A DNA stretch of 64,000 nucleotides. Source: a virus (Duplodnaviria > Heunggongvirae > Uroviricota > Caudoviricetes). The position numbers and the translations under genes are program-made. Shown in pieces: positions 55,954 to 63,942 of this stretch (position 1 is its first letter; each line of letters begins with the position of its first letter). The notes under the pieces are model-generated. The model was not told where the DNA came from and did no database searches. It was given only the letters and a program-made list of their open reading frames with translations. The stretch spans positions 108,098 through 172,097 of IMG/VR virus record IMGVR_UViG_3300037400_006466; one strand, given 5' to 3'.

Positions 55954-56610
55954 TCATTCACTTCTGCTTATTTTGATTATCTGATGTGTGTATTCATCAA
56001 GGTCATGATATTTCCCTGACTTGAACCATCCCATGATGGAAGGTCTGTCACCTATATGTGTCCTTTTGACCACATGATGGAAGAACATACCTAAAGGAGG
56101 AACACAGGTGACGAAATCAGCTCCACATCTGAACTGTCTTGCATTGTCCCATCTTTCCTTTATCTTCTTCCAGTTTTTCCATCCTATTACTCTGGGAGCA
56201 CCGAAAGTGACCATCTGTATCTTTACATCTGGGAAGCAGTATCCCATATCTTCTGCACATAGGACAGCTATGGCGCCACCATAGGAGTGTCCTGTCACTG
56301 TGATTGACACAGGATTAAGGGCTTTCACCTGCTCCTCCACTTCATGTCTTATCAGTTTCCAGCATTTTAAAAATCCCGAATGGGCATTGAAAGGTATCTC
56401 AGCATCCTTATAGGCCTTTTTCCAGAAATGGAAATTGTTCTTCCAGTCGACTTTTGAGTTGGAGCCACAGAAAGCTATAACAACTTCTCCGTTTTCTCTC
56501 TTATGTATAAGGGTGTCAGTATCTTCTCCCAGAATCCTATAACTGAGCTCTTGGGCTTCCCCTCTCAGACAGATATAGTCAATGCACTGAAGTGGTGTAA
56601 TCATATTCAT
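55954..56610 (-). CDS. Class 3 lipase (alpha/beta hydrolase, 218 aa)
   Basis: IAFCGS..VDW, AHSGF, VTGHSYGGAIA nucleophile elbow, TFGAPRVI, DFVTCVPP, C-terminal His; ACTAATTA upstream (56640-56647). Confidence 0.9.
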   Translation of the reverse strand: MNMITPLQCIDYICLRGEAQELSYRILGEDTDTLIHKRENGEVVIAFCGSNSKVDWKNNFHFWKKAYKDAEIPFNAHSGFLKCWKLIRHEVEEQVKALNPVSITVTGHSYGGAIAVLCAEDMGYCFPDVKIQMVTFGAPRVIGWKNWKKIKERWDNARQFRCGADFVTCVPPLGMFFHHVVKRTHIGDRPSIMGWFKSGKYHDLDEYTHQIIKISRSE

Positions 56611-56670
56611 GATACCTTCTTGAAAAATAAATCTATGCTTAATTAGTAATTATTCACTATATTCCAGCAA

Positions 56671-58473
56671 TTACAGCTCTGTGTTCTCACTGAAGTTGAA
56701 TATCTTTATCCATTCTTCCTGTGTGAGGAAGTCCTTGCTGTTCAGTCCTTTGACCAGAACGCCCTTGTTCTTGAGGTTCTTGTCTATGAGACAGTCAAGT
56801 GACTTGTCATACATGAGCATATATCTTGTGACTGCCTTATCTTGCCCCAATCTGTAGTTTCTGTTAAGGCTCTGGTCGAAATCAGTGAAGTTGAACCCTC
56901 TCTCAAAGTAAACGGAGACTTTGGCCTCAAGTATTGTGACTGATGTTGATAGGGTCTGTATGACGGCTACAAGCATCCTTGACTCACCTTTCTTGAAATC
57001 CTCCACCATCCTGAATCTGTCATCCTGAGGGGTATCACCGATGATACATATCGGTTTGTACTTGCTGAATCTCTCACATATCCTTTTGGCGGTGGAGGGA
57101 TGGATGACCCATACAATCACTTTGTCATCCTTTTCCAGATCCCCCATTATGTCTTCAAGGGCGTTGTATTTCTCCAAGTCCTTATCTGGATTGAATTTCT
57201 CCAAATCCAGGTTAAGGGAGTAATCGAACTTATCCTCATGTTTTCTCAGCAGTGTGGGGTCATCCACTGCCAGCATCATATAGGGGAATCTGTTTATGAT
57301 ATCCCTCACAGTGCTCTTATCCTTGAGGTCCTGGACTATGAACGATTCATATATTCTTCTATGGGCAGGACTCATAGGTATGTATATCTTCTTCTCATCA
57401 AAGTCAGGAAGGTCAACAAGGTCATTTGTGCTGTAATATTCCCCATAGGACTGGAGGAATCTCTGATTCTGTCTCTCCACCTCATCCTTCTTCCATTCCC
57501 TTACCGCATACATGCTGAATCTGTCTCCAAGGAAAGCCAGCTTCTCTTTCCATTGTGTGAAAGGGAGATTATAGACAAGCCAGGGGTCAAGAATCTTATA
57601 CTGGTTGTATATCTTCTCTATGTTGTCAGCAGGGGTTCCTGAAAAGAGATATCTGTAAGTGAAGCATGGGGCATGAAGAGCCACGAGGGCACCTTGCTGA
57701 CTCTTGGGATTGGCCACACAATGGGATTCATCAAGAATCAGCATACCTTTTCCCTTGAACCACTTCTCCAAAGGAAGGAACGCCTTCTTGGGTATCTTGC
57801 TTGTTATCTTATGCTTCTTCTTGTAATAGTCACATATGAGTCTGAATGAGTTGTAGCTTGTGATGACAATATCTGTGTTGGGGTCATCAAAGGGATTGCG
57901 GTAGTTCTTGTCTGCAATCTTCACCTTGTTCTCATCAAGACCCTTTATGAACTTGAATAGCTCATGATAAAGGTTCCTGACACCTATGTTGGTGGTTATG
58001 AAGAGCACCTTGTTGCAGTCATGGTACTTGTAGACCCTATGGGCTATGAGGGTTGCTGCTATGTAGGACTTTCCTGTTCCCTGTCCGTAGAAGTAGGCAT
58101 ATGAGGAAAGGTTGATTCCCTTGCTTATGGCAAGTCTCTGGAAATCCTCATGAGGTGATTTGCCTGTTATGGGCTCATAGTTCATCAGCGAATAATCGGG
58201 TATCCGTCTTGTAGGCTCCCTGAACTGTTTGGGAGTTCCGCAAGTCAGCTCCTCTATGTCATTCTCTGAGATGCTGTCCTCTATGGTGTCATAGTTCTCC
58301 AGGGCCTCCTTTATCTCGTCCCTCTTGTACCAAGGCCCAGACCATTTCTTTGTGTCAGGGTTGAATCTGAACTTGGCATCCTTGAGAACCTGCATAGAGT
58401 TGTTGAATACGGTATATCCCTGGGAATCCAATCTCACTTCAAGATTGGCCCCATTGAGGGTAAAGTATATCAT
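56671..58473 (-). CDS. SNF2-family (SF2) helicase/ATPase (600 aa)
   Basis: GQGTGKS, LILDESH, SGTP, QSLNRNYRLGQ. Confidence 0.85.
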   Translation of the reverse strand: MIYFTLNGANLEVRLDSQGYTVFNNSMQVLKDAKFRFNPDTKKWSGPWYKRDEIKEALENYDTIEDSISENDIEELTCGTPKQFREPTRRIPDYSLMNYEPITGKSPHEDFQRLAISKGINLSSYAYFYGQGTGKSYIAATLIAHRVYKYHDCNKVLFITTNIGVRNLYHELFKFIKGLDENKVKIADKNYRNPFDDPNTDIVITSYNSFRLICDYYKKKHKITSKIPKKAFLPLEKWFKGKGMLILDESHCVANPKSQQGALVALHAPCFTYRYLFSGTPADNIEKIYNQYKILDPWLVYNLPFTQWKEKLAFLGDRFSMYAVREWKKDEVERQNQRFLQSYGEYYSTNDLVDLPDFDEKKIYIPMSPAHRRIYESFIVQDLKDKSTVRDIINRFPYMMLAVDDPTLLRKHEDKFDYSLNLDLEKFNPDKDLEKYNALEDIMGDLEKDDKVIVWVIHPSTAKRICERFSKYKPICIIGDTPQDDRFRMVEDFKKGESRMLVAVIQTLSTSVTILEAKVSVYFERGFNFTDFDQSLNRNYRLGQDKAVTRYMLMYDKSLDCLIDKNLKNKGVLVKGLNSKDFLTQEEWIKIFNFSENTEL

Positions 58474-58538
58474 GTATATAATATAAAAGAAGGACGCCTT
58501 ATTCGGCGCCCGTAAAGAGAAAAAACAAGATTATGGGT

Positions 58539-58793
58539 TTATCTCAGGCAGACATACTCAATGGTCTTTTTTGACTTATCATGGAGTCTGTCAAAGTAAT
58601 CCCTTTGCCTGACCTCCACCTCAGCAGAATAATTGAGACACCACCTCTCATTGGCGAAGGTATCCTCATCATCCCAATTCTCCTCATTCTGATAAATCAG
58701 ACCGAAAGGGGCATTCTCCAGTCCCTTGGATTTGGCCCAATCATACAGCTCCTGAATGGTCTTCACTTCTTTCTCACTATTGAATCTGGACAT
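58539..58793 (-). CDS. Hypothetical protein (84 aa)
   Basis: TIQELYDWAK motif shared with 27241..27396. Confidence 0.6.
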   Translation of the reverse strand: MSRFNSEKEVKTIQELYDWAKSKGLENAPFGLIYQNEENWDDEDTFANERWCLNYSAEVEVRQRDYFDRLHDKSKKTIEYVCLR

Positions 58794-58797
58794 ATAA

Positions 58798-59403
58798 TCA
58801 ATCTCCTATAACGTCAATCTGACAACTTCTCATGACTGCAAGTGCCGCATCATGGGCTTCCTTACTTGTTCCACCACAACAACTTGCATCACAGACAATC
58901 CTGATATTAGGGAAGGCTGCCCTGAGAAGAAGCGCATTGGATACAACACAGATGTCTGTACAGAGACCTACAATCTCAATCTCAGCATCCTCAATGTTGT
59001 CATAGACTGCCTTCTCACCCCTATTGGAATGAACCTCAAGATATCTCTTGACAATCTTGGGGAGCTCATCGAAGCTTCCGAAGGTGTACTTATGGACAAT
59101 ACTCTTATGCTTCCAACCCACAGAGGCATACCAGTTCTTGAGGGACTGAGCAATCTCATATCCCTCTGTTCCGACAACACAATGCTTGACAGGAAGCTTA
59201 TGTCCTTCCAGTGATTCATTATAAGACGGGATATAAGCATTGGGCTTATCAAAGTGGGTGTCCATGGTGAAGATAACATAATCACCATGCTGAATGAGCT
59301 TCTTCTCCACATTGGGAAGAACCACATCCTTTGCATACTCTGAACCGAGACTTCCGTCAATGAAGTCATTCTGCATATCAACTACAACAAGAATCTTTCT
59401 CAT
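58798..59403 (-). CDS. pncA: Nicotinamidase/isochorismatase-family cysteine hydrolase (201 aa)
   Basis: VVVDMQNDF, TMDTH, HCVVGTEG, K(YTFG), GLCTDICV; start reassigned to ATG 59403; TTGACA-18-TATATT promoter upstream. Confidence 0.85.
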   Translation of the reverse strand: MRKILVVVDMQNDFIDGSLGSEYAKDVVLPNVEKKLIQHGDYVIFTMDTHFDKPNAYIPSYNESLEGHKLPVKHCVVGTEGYEIAQSLKNWYASVGWKHKSIVHKYTFGSFDELPKIVKRYLEVHSNRGEKAVYDNIEDAEIEIVGLCTDICVVSNALLLRAAFPNIRIVCDASCCGGTSKEAHDAALAVMRSCQIDVIGD

Positions 59404-59474
59404 AAGGCTCTTTCTCCTACATAATAAATATAACATACGGGAAAGGTGATTGTCAATAGTAGATGAAAAAAAAA

Positions 59475-59494
59475 CAGCACCCTTAAAGGTGCTG
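59475..59494 (-). terminator. Intrinsic terminator
   Basis: CAGCACC-CTTAAA-GGTGCTG with A-tract. Confidence 0.7.
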
Positions 59495-60019
59495 TCAGTT
59501 GGATTCGATAGCCATTCTCACATGGGAGACATAATCTCCCTGTGGGAGATTTTCGTTTCCCTTATACTTGATGCTGACTTCAGCGACAACTGAATCCTCA
59601 ATTGCCTTACCGTTGTAATCAAGGTGGATAACAAGGTCATTTGACCTGTTCTCCGTGTATCCGTATCTTCCGTATACCTGATTGACAAGGCCTGAAATTT
59701 CAAGTCCTTCTGTGCGATAACCCTTAAATGATAACTCACTTGCGGATACGGTTATCTTTACCTCTCCCTTGTATCTTGAAAGACTCTGACAGATGAACAG
59801 GTCTGCCTTAACATCCTTCCCGACATTGTGGGAGCCCACCAGAACTTCATTGCCGGAAATCCTCTCGGCATATCCGTTCTCAACATACGCGATTCCCAGT
59901 GAATACTCTGGTGAAACCTCTTCGACAACAGACACGAGAACAATTGTCTGTTTCCAAGTCCCTGCAAACAGGACTGCCATGCCCAACAACATAAGGAACA
60001 CGACCATAGCCTTTTTCAT
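59495..60019 (-). CDS. Secreted beta-rich protein (174 aa)
   Basis: Signal peptide MKKAMVVFLMLLGMAVLFA; C-terminal GDYVSHVRMAIES. Confidence 0.65.
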   Translation of the reverse strand: MKKAMVVFLMLLGMAVLFAGTWKQTIVLVSVVEEVSPEYSLGIAYVENGYAERISGNEVLVGSHNVGKDVKADLFICQSLSRYKGEVKITVSASELSFKGYRTEGLEISGLVNQVYGRYGYTENRSNDLVIHLDYNGKAIEDSVVAEVSIKYKGNENLPQGDYVSHVRMAIESN

Positions 60020-60137
60020 TTAATTTTCCTTTAAAGGAAAGATACAATTGGTACAAAGGTTACAATTTTCCTCTTATGCAGTTTACTTTCCATATCAGAC
60101 CTCTTACGATTCTGGGGCTGGTACAATACAATATTAA

Positions 60138-60494
60138 TTAGTCATTTTCCAGGTGACCCTGATAAGCCTTGGAGTTCAGTAAGGAGTTGAGCACATCCAT
60201 GAACAGAATCTGGAAATTGTAGGCATATATCTCGCTGTCCAGCACATCAAAGGAATACTCATTCTTGTCGGCATATCCCAGAATGGTCATGAACAGATGC
60301 CAGCACTCATGGGATATTGTGCTCAATCCTGGAACACCTCTTTCCACAGAGAACCATACGAGGAATTCACCTTTGTCATCAGGCTCAGTGTAACATCCTG
60401 CGTCAGCTATGGATGGCCACCCCTCAGGTGAATCGTCTCTTATCTCCACAAGGACTCTCCTTGTGAGGAAGCTGAATCTCTTTCTCTCAATCAT
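60138..60494 (-). CDS. Hypothetical protein with HEXXH-like HECWH motif (118 aa)
   Basis: TISHECWH; start reassigned to ATG 60494. Confidence 0.55.
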   Translation of the reverse strand: MIERKRFSFLTRRVLVEIRDDSPEGWPSIADAGCYTEPDDKGEFLVWFSVERGVPGLSTISHECWHLFMTILGYADKNEYSFDVLDSEIYAYNFQILFMDVLNSLLNSKAYQGHLEND

Positions 60495-60684
60495 TTTCAG
60501 TCCCCACTGAGGTTGTGGATTCCATTTCAACGATTATAGGCTCAAAGTCAGGGCAGTTCTTGCAATCACATTTGGAATGAACCTCATTGGGATACCTATG
60601 TTGTAGCTCACACCACCAAGTATATGAGAAATTGACTTCGTGACCTTGGTGCCTGCAGGTGTCATATACCTTTCTGGACTTCAT
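60487..60684 (-). CDS. Small Cys-rich protein (65 aa)
   Basis: C..WC...CDCKNCPDF. Confidence 0.55.
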   Translation of the reverse strand: MKSRKVYDTCRHQGHEVNFSYTWWCELQHRYPNEVHSKCDCKNCPDFEPIIVEMESTTSVGTEND

Positions 60685-61145
60685 CAGGGATTCTCCTTAA
60701 TATCATAATTATCTCTTACATAATCAGTTGCTTCCTTGAAGGTATCACAGGTTCTGACTCTCCTTATGGCACCAGGCTCATTCTCACCCCTTATGACATA
60801 TATGACATATCCTCCGTCACCTTCATAATATATGCTGATGCTCTTGGGGACTCCATCATCCCCGGACTTTTCACTGACCCATTTGATGTCCTTGAGGAGC
60901 TTCTCACCTGAAGCGCTTTTGGCCTTCTTCTCATTCTTCTCCAAAATGGACTTTATCTCGACTATCCTGTTGTAATCTTCCTCATACATAGTCCATTCAT
61001 CTGAGCACCATTCAGGGTCATCCTTATCTCCATGAAAGACCTTGGACTTCTTTCCCTTACCCTCTGACTGACAGAATGTCTCCCAATAGTAGAGTCCAGC
61101 CAGTCCGCAGAGTCTGTAAATCAGGTCCTTTGTGTTCTCATTCAT
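60684..61145 (-). CDS. Hypothetical protein, N-terminal domain paralogous to 61292..61990 (153 aa)
   Basis: IYRLCGLA...DDPEWCSDEWTM; start reassigned to ATG 61145. Confidence 0.65.
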   Translation of the reverse strand: MNENTKDLIYRLCGLAGLYYWETFCQSEGKGKKSKVFHGDKDDPEWCSDEWTMYEEDYNRIVEIKSILEKNEKKAKSASGEKLLKDIKWVSEKSGDDGVPKSISIYYEGDGGYVIYVIRGENEPGAIRRVRTCDTFKEATDYVRDNYDIKENP

Positions 61146-61291
61146 CTCATCATCCTCAATCAACTAGTCTCTGTCAAAACTGTCCATAATAAAATTCCTA
61201 TAAAAAATATAAAATCAGAAATCCTGTTTTTATATGCCAGTTTTTTCCAAAAAACTTCTTAAAACCACATATAAAAACAGAAAATCAGGTT

Positions 61292-61990
61292 TTAATCTAA
61301 ACTGCAGGTCTGTGGTTCTGCTGACCAGAAATCATCATCAACATGGACATATACTGCATGGTATGGGTCTGTAAATAAGATGTCCCTTCTATCTATACAG
61401 ACATCTTCATAATCTTTAATTTTCTCAAAGCCTGTCCAATCAAACTGACCTTTATACATTTTGGGTTCTTTATCACTTACCCTCACAACAGCATAGTTAT
61501 CTATGTCATTGACCCAGGAAAGCCAATTACCGGAGTAAGTACAATTATCCCATAGTTCATAATGTCTCTTATGTATGAAATCCTCAAATGACATATAGTT
61601 ATGATACTGAGCCTTGGCTGCTTCCCTTAGCATATAATCTGTCATACTGAACTTGGACTCATCTGTATTGTCAGGACCCGGCCATTCAAGTGTCAAGGTA
61701 TCTCCACCATTCTCCCTCAATCTCTGTAAGGCTTCCTCATTCTTGCCTTCAAGGGGCAATACAAAAGTAGCTGTATCCTTGTAGTATTCTTCAAGGGCTA
61801 CCTTGACATCCTGTATCATATTGTAATCTGACCTCAGCATAGTCCATTCATCACAGCACCACTCAGGGTCATCCTGCTCTCCTTGAGCTACAACTTCTTC
61901 TCTGTCTTTGAACTCCTTGTAGTGTGTCCAATAACAGCTCTCAGCCAATCCATAAAGTCTGTAGATTATTTTCTTTACTCTATCTTCCAT
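61292..61990 (-). CDS. Hypothetical protein (232 aa)
   Basis: IYRLYGLA...DDPEWCCDEWTM. Confidence 0.65.
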   Translation of the reverse strand: MEDRVKKIIYRLYGLAESCYWTHYKEFKDREEVVAQGEQDDPEWCCDEWTMLRSDYNMIQDVKVALEEYYKDTATFVLPLEGKNEEALQRLRENGGDTLTLEWPGPDNTDESKFSMTDYMLREAAKAQYHNYMSFEDFIHKRHYELWDNCTYSGNWLSWVNDIDNYAVVRVSDKEPKMYKGQFDWTGFEKIKDYEDVCIDRRDILFTDPYHAVYVHVDDDFWSAEPQTCSLD

Positions 61991-62146
61991 CTAGTTTTCC
62001 TCTATCTGTTCAATGGAATTGAATTCCACCTGCACAAGTCCTGCTTCAACATCATCTATATAACAACCTGAATCATCCATATACAGAGGTCCATAGACCC
62101 AATAACCTGTTATAATATCTTTTCTCTTATAGTATGGTACTGACAT
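61991..62146 (-). CDS. Small YopX-N-terminus-like protein (51 aa, not in ORF track)
   Basis: MSVPYYKRKDIITGYWVYGPLY...; AAGGA SD. Confidence 0.5.
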   Translation of the reverse strand: MSVPYYKRKDIITGYWVYGPLYMDDSGCYIDDVEAGLVQVEFNSIEQIEEN

Positions 62147-62450
62147 TATCTATATCCTTACTTTTTGACAGGAACTTCTCAGGGTCCTTGATATAGTCAT
62201 CATAGGACAGAGTAATACTGAGGTCGGAGTTCCCGCTATATGCCTTAGGAGGGTCTTGGAAGCAATCTTTCCAGTAATTGTTATAATCTCTAGGAGGTCT
62301 GTAAACAAGGTCATGCATTACAGTACCATCTTCATAGACAATCTCGCCTGTCACTCTGTTCCAGATATGATTTCCTTCATCAACCCAACTTGTAAACCAG
62401 TCTGGATGCTCTTTGACAACCTTGAAAAAAGTCTTTTCGTCAATCCACAT
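62127..62450 (-). CDS. Hypothetical protein (107 aa)
   Basis: ORF in co-directional run. Confidence 0.55.
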   Translation of the reverse strand: MWIDEKTFFKVVKEHPDWFTSWVDEGNHIWNRVTGEIVYEDGTVMHDLVYRPPRDYNNYWKDCFQDPPKAYSGNSDLSITLSYDDYIKDPEKFLSKSKDIDNVSTIL

Positions 62451-62649
62451 TACCTTTGTCTCCTATTTTGGTCTTAACCCAATCCTCACACTTTCTATCC
62501 ATGAGGTCACATTCTTTCTCATATTCACTCTGTGCAAGGTCAAGAAGTGTATCTCCGAAACTTCCGTCATTTCCTCTCACAAGACACCATCCATATTCCT
62601 TGTTCAGGTCTTCCTGAAGATTATGCTTCCTCTGTATCTGTGTCATCAT
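62440..62649 (-). CDS. Hypothetical protein (about 69 aa)
   Basis: GGAGGA SD before ATG 62649; overlaps neighbours. Confidence 0.45.
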   Translation of the reverse strand: MMTQIQRKHNLQEDLNKEYGWCLVRGNDGSFGDTLLDLAQSEYEKECDLMDRKCEDWVKTKIGDKGNVD

Positions 62650-63265
62650 CCTCCTCCAAACTGTTGCTCTCACCAAAACATCCTTTTGTACAATCCTCAG
62701 ATATCTTATAAGATTCTATCCATTCAGGTGTTGGGTCCTCATTGTCATTTCCACACTGTACATAAGAACCATCGTTGAACAGGAAGTTCTCCAAGTTCTC
62801 TTCTGACAGGAACAGATAGTGATATTTTGGTTTGTACTCATGATAAGAGGACTGATGGTCAACATAACATCTGTCCTCAGATATACTGTCAAAGAAGAAG
62901 TAATTGTAGTCATATTTGACAGACAGGAACTTATCGTCCTTCATATGCTTTCTGAGAACATTCCTCAACATATCCTTATAGTCATACTTCAGTTTTGGAC
63001 TAAAATCAAGACTCATCATCTGTGCGACAACAAAGTTAAGTCTGTCCTCAAATGTCTCATATCTCTCAAACTCCCAACCAAATTCCATCTGTCCATGTTT
63101 GATTGGGAGTACAATCTCATATTCTTCATGATTTGGAAACCATTCACGTACTTTTGTTGTAATCAGATTGGAGGGAATTAAATCTATCTTCTGAGACTCA
63201 TCCTTTCCAATCACCACAAAAGAGGAACTTGAACTGTTGCTTACAAATCCTTTTCTAATCTTCAT
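62621..63265 (-). CDS. MKIRxGFVSNSSSSSF-family protein 3 (214 aa)
   Basis: Tag; FGWE...VDHQSS...FNDGSYVQCGNDN core shared with 22951..23868; start reassigned to ATG 63265. Confidence 0.7.
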   Translation of the reverse strand: MKIRKGFVSNSSSSSFVVIGKDESQKIDLIPSNLITTKVREWFPNHEEYEIVLPIKHGQMEFGWEFERYETFEDRLNFVVAQMMSLDFSPKLKYDYKDMLRNVLRKHMKDDKFLSVKYDYNYFFFDSISEDRCYVDHQSSYHEYKPKYHYLFLSEENLENFLFNDGSYVQCGNDNEDPTPEWIESYKISEDCTKGCFGESNSLEEDDDTDTEEA

Positions 63266-63276
63266 TTCCACATTCC

Positions 63277-63738
63277 TCAATGGCAGTTAATCTCAATGCC
63301 GTTCTTTGTGATATATGAACCCATATAGGCACAACCAGGCCCACCCAAATAGGTATCATCCACACTTGTCTCCCAGTAATTCTCAGGATGAGCAATCACC
63401 TTGTCAAGTTCATCCCTATAATACCCATCCTTAAAGCAGAAATCATAGAAGTCAAGGAACTTCTCGATGTCTTCTGGAGTTCTCAGGTACTCATTTATGA
63501 AACCATCATATGTATCATAATAGGGGCTGTAATCTTCATCATTATGGCGTTTCCAATCTTTCAGAATCATCTTACAGAACTCAATGGTCTCCTCGTCCTG
63601 TTTGTTCCTACCATATCTACCATTATCCATACCATAGAAATCATAGACATCTTCCCATGTCTTTACGGACTCTGGCAGGTTTCTCAGAATGAATGAGCTT
63701 GAACTTGAATTAGACACAAATCCATTACGTATCTTCAT
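63277..63738 (-). CDS. MKIRxGFVSNSSSSSF-family protein 4 (153 aa)
   Basis: MKIRNGFVSNSSSSSFIL N-terminus. Confidence 0.7.
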   Translation of the reverse strand: MKIRNGFVSNSSSSSFILRNLPESVKTWEDVYDFYGMDNGRYGRNKQDEETIEFCKMILKDWKRHNDEDYSPYYDTYDGFINEYLRTPEDIEKFLDFYDFCFKDGYYRDELDKVIAHPENYWETSVDDTYLGGPGCAYMGSYITKNGIEINCH

Positions 63739-63942
63739 TTATCTGTTCTCCTCTATCTCTCTGACAAGACTCTGATAGTCTTCTGTATAAGGATACTTCT
63801 CACCTTCTATGACCCATACCTTCTGATAGACAGGTCTGTTTCTTCTGATTTCACAGAACTCCCAAATGATTCCAGCATTGTCAACAAAGACATCATTGGG
63901 TCCGTTCTCGATAATCTGATTAAATACTTTCTCAGTTATCAT
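63739..63942 (-). CDS. Hypothetical protein (67 aa)
   Basis: AAGGA SD; stop abuts the next start. Confidence 0.55.
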   Translation of the reverse strand: MITEKVFNQIIENGPNDVFVDNAGIIWEFCEIRRNRPVYQKVWVIEGEKYPYTEDYQSLVREIEENR

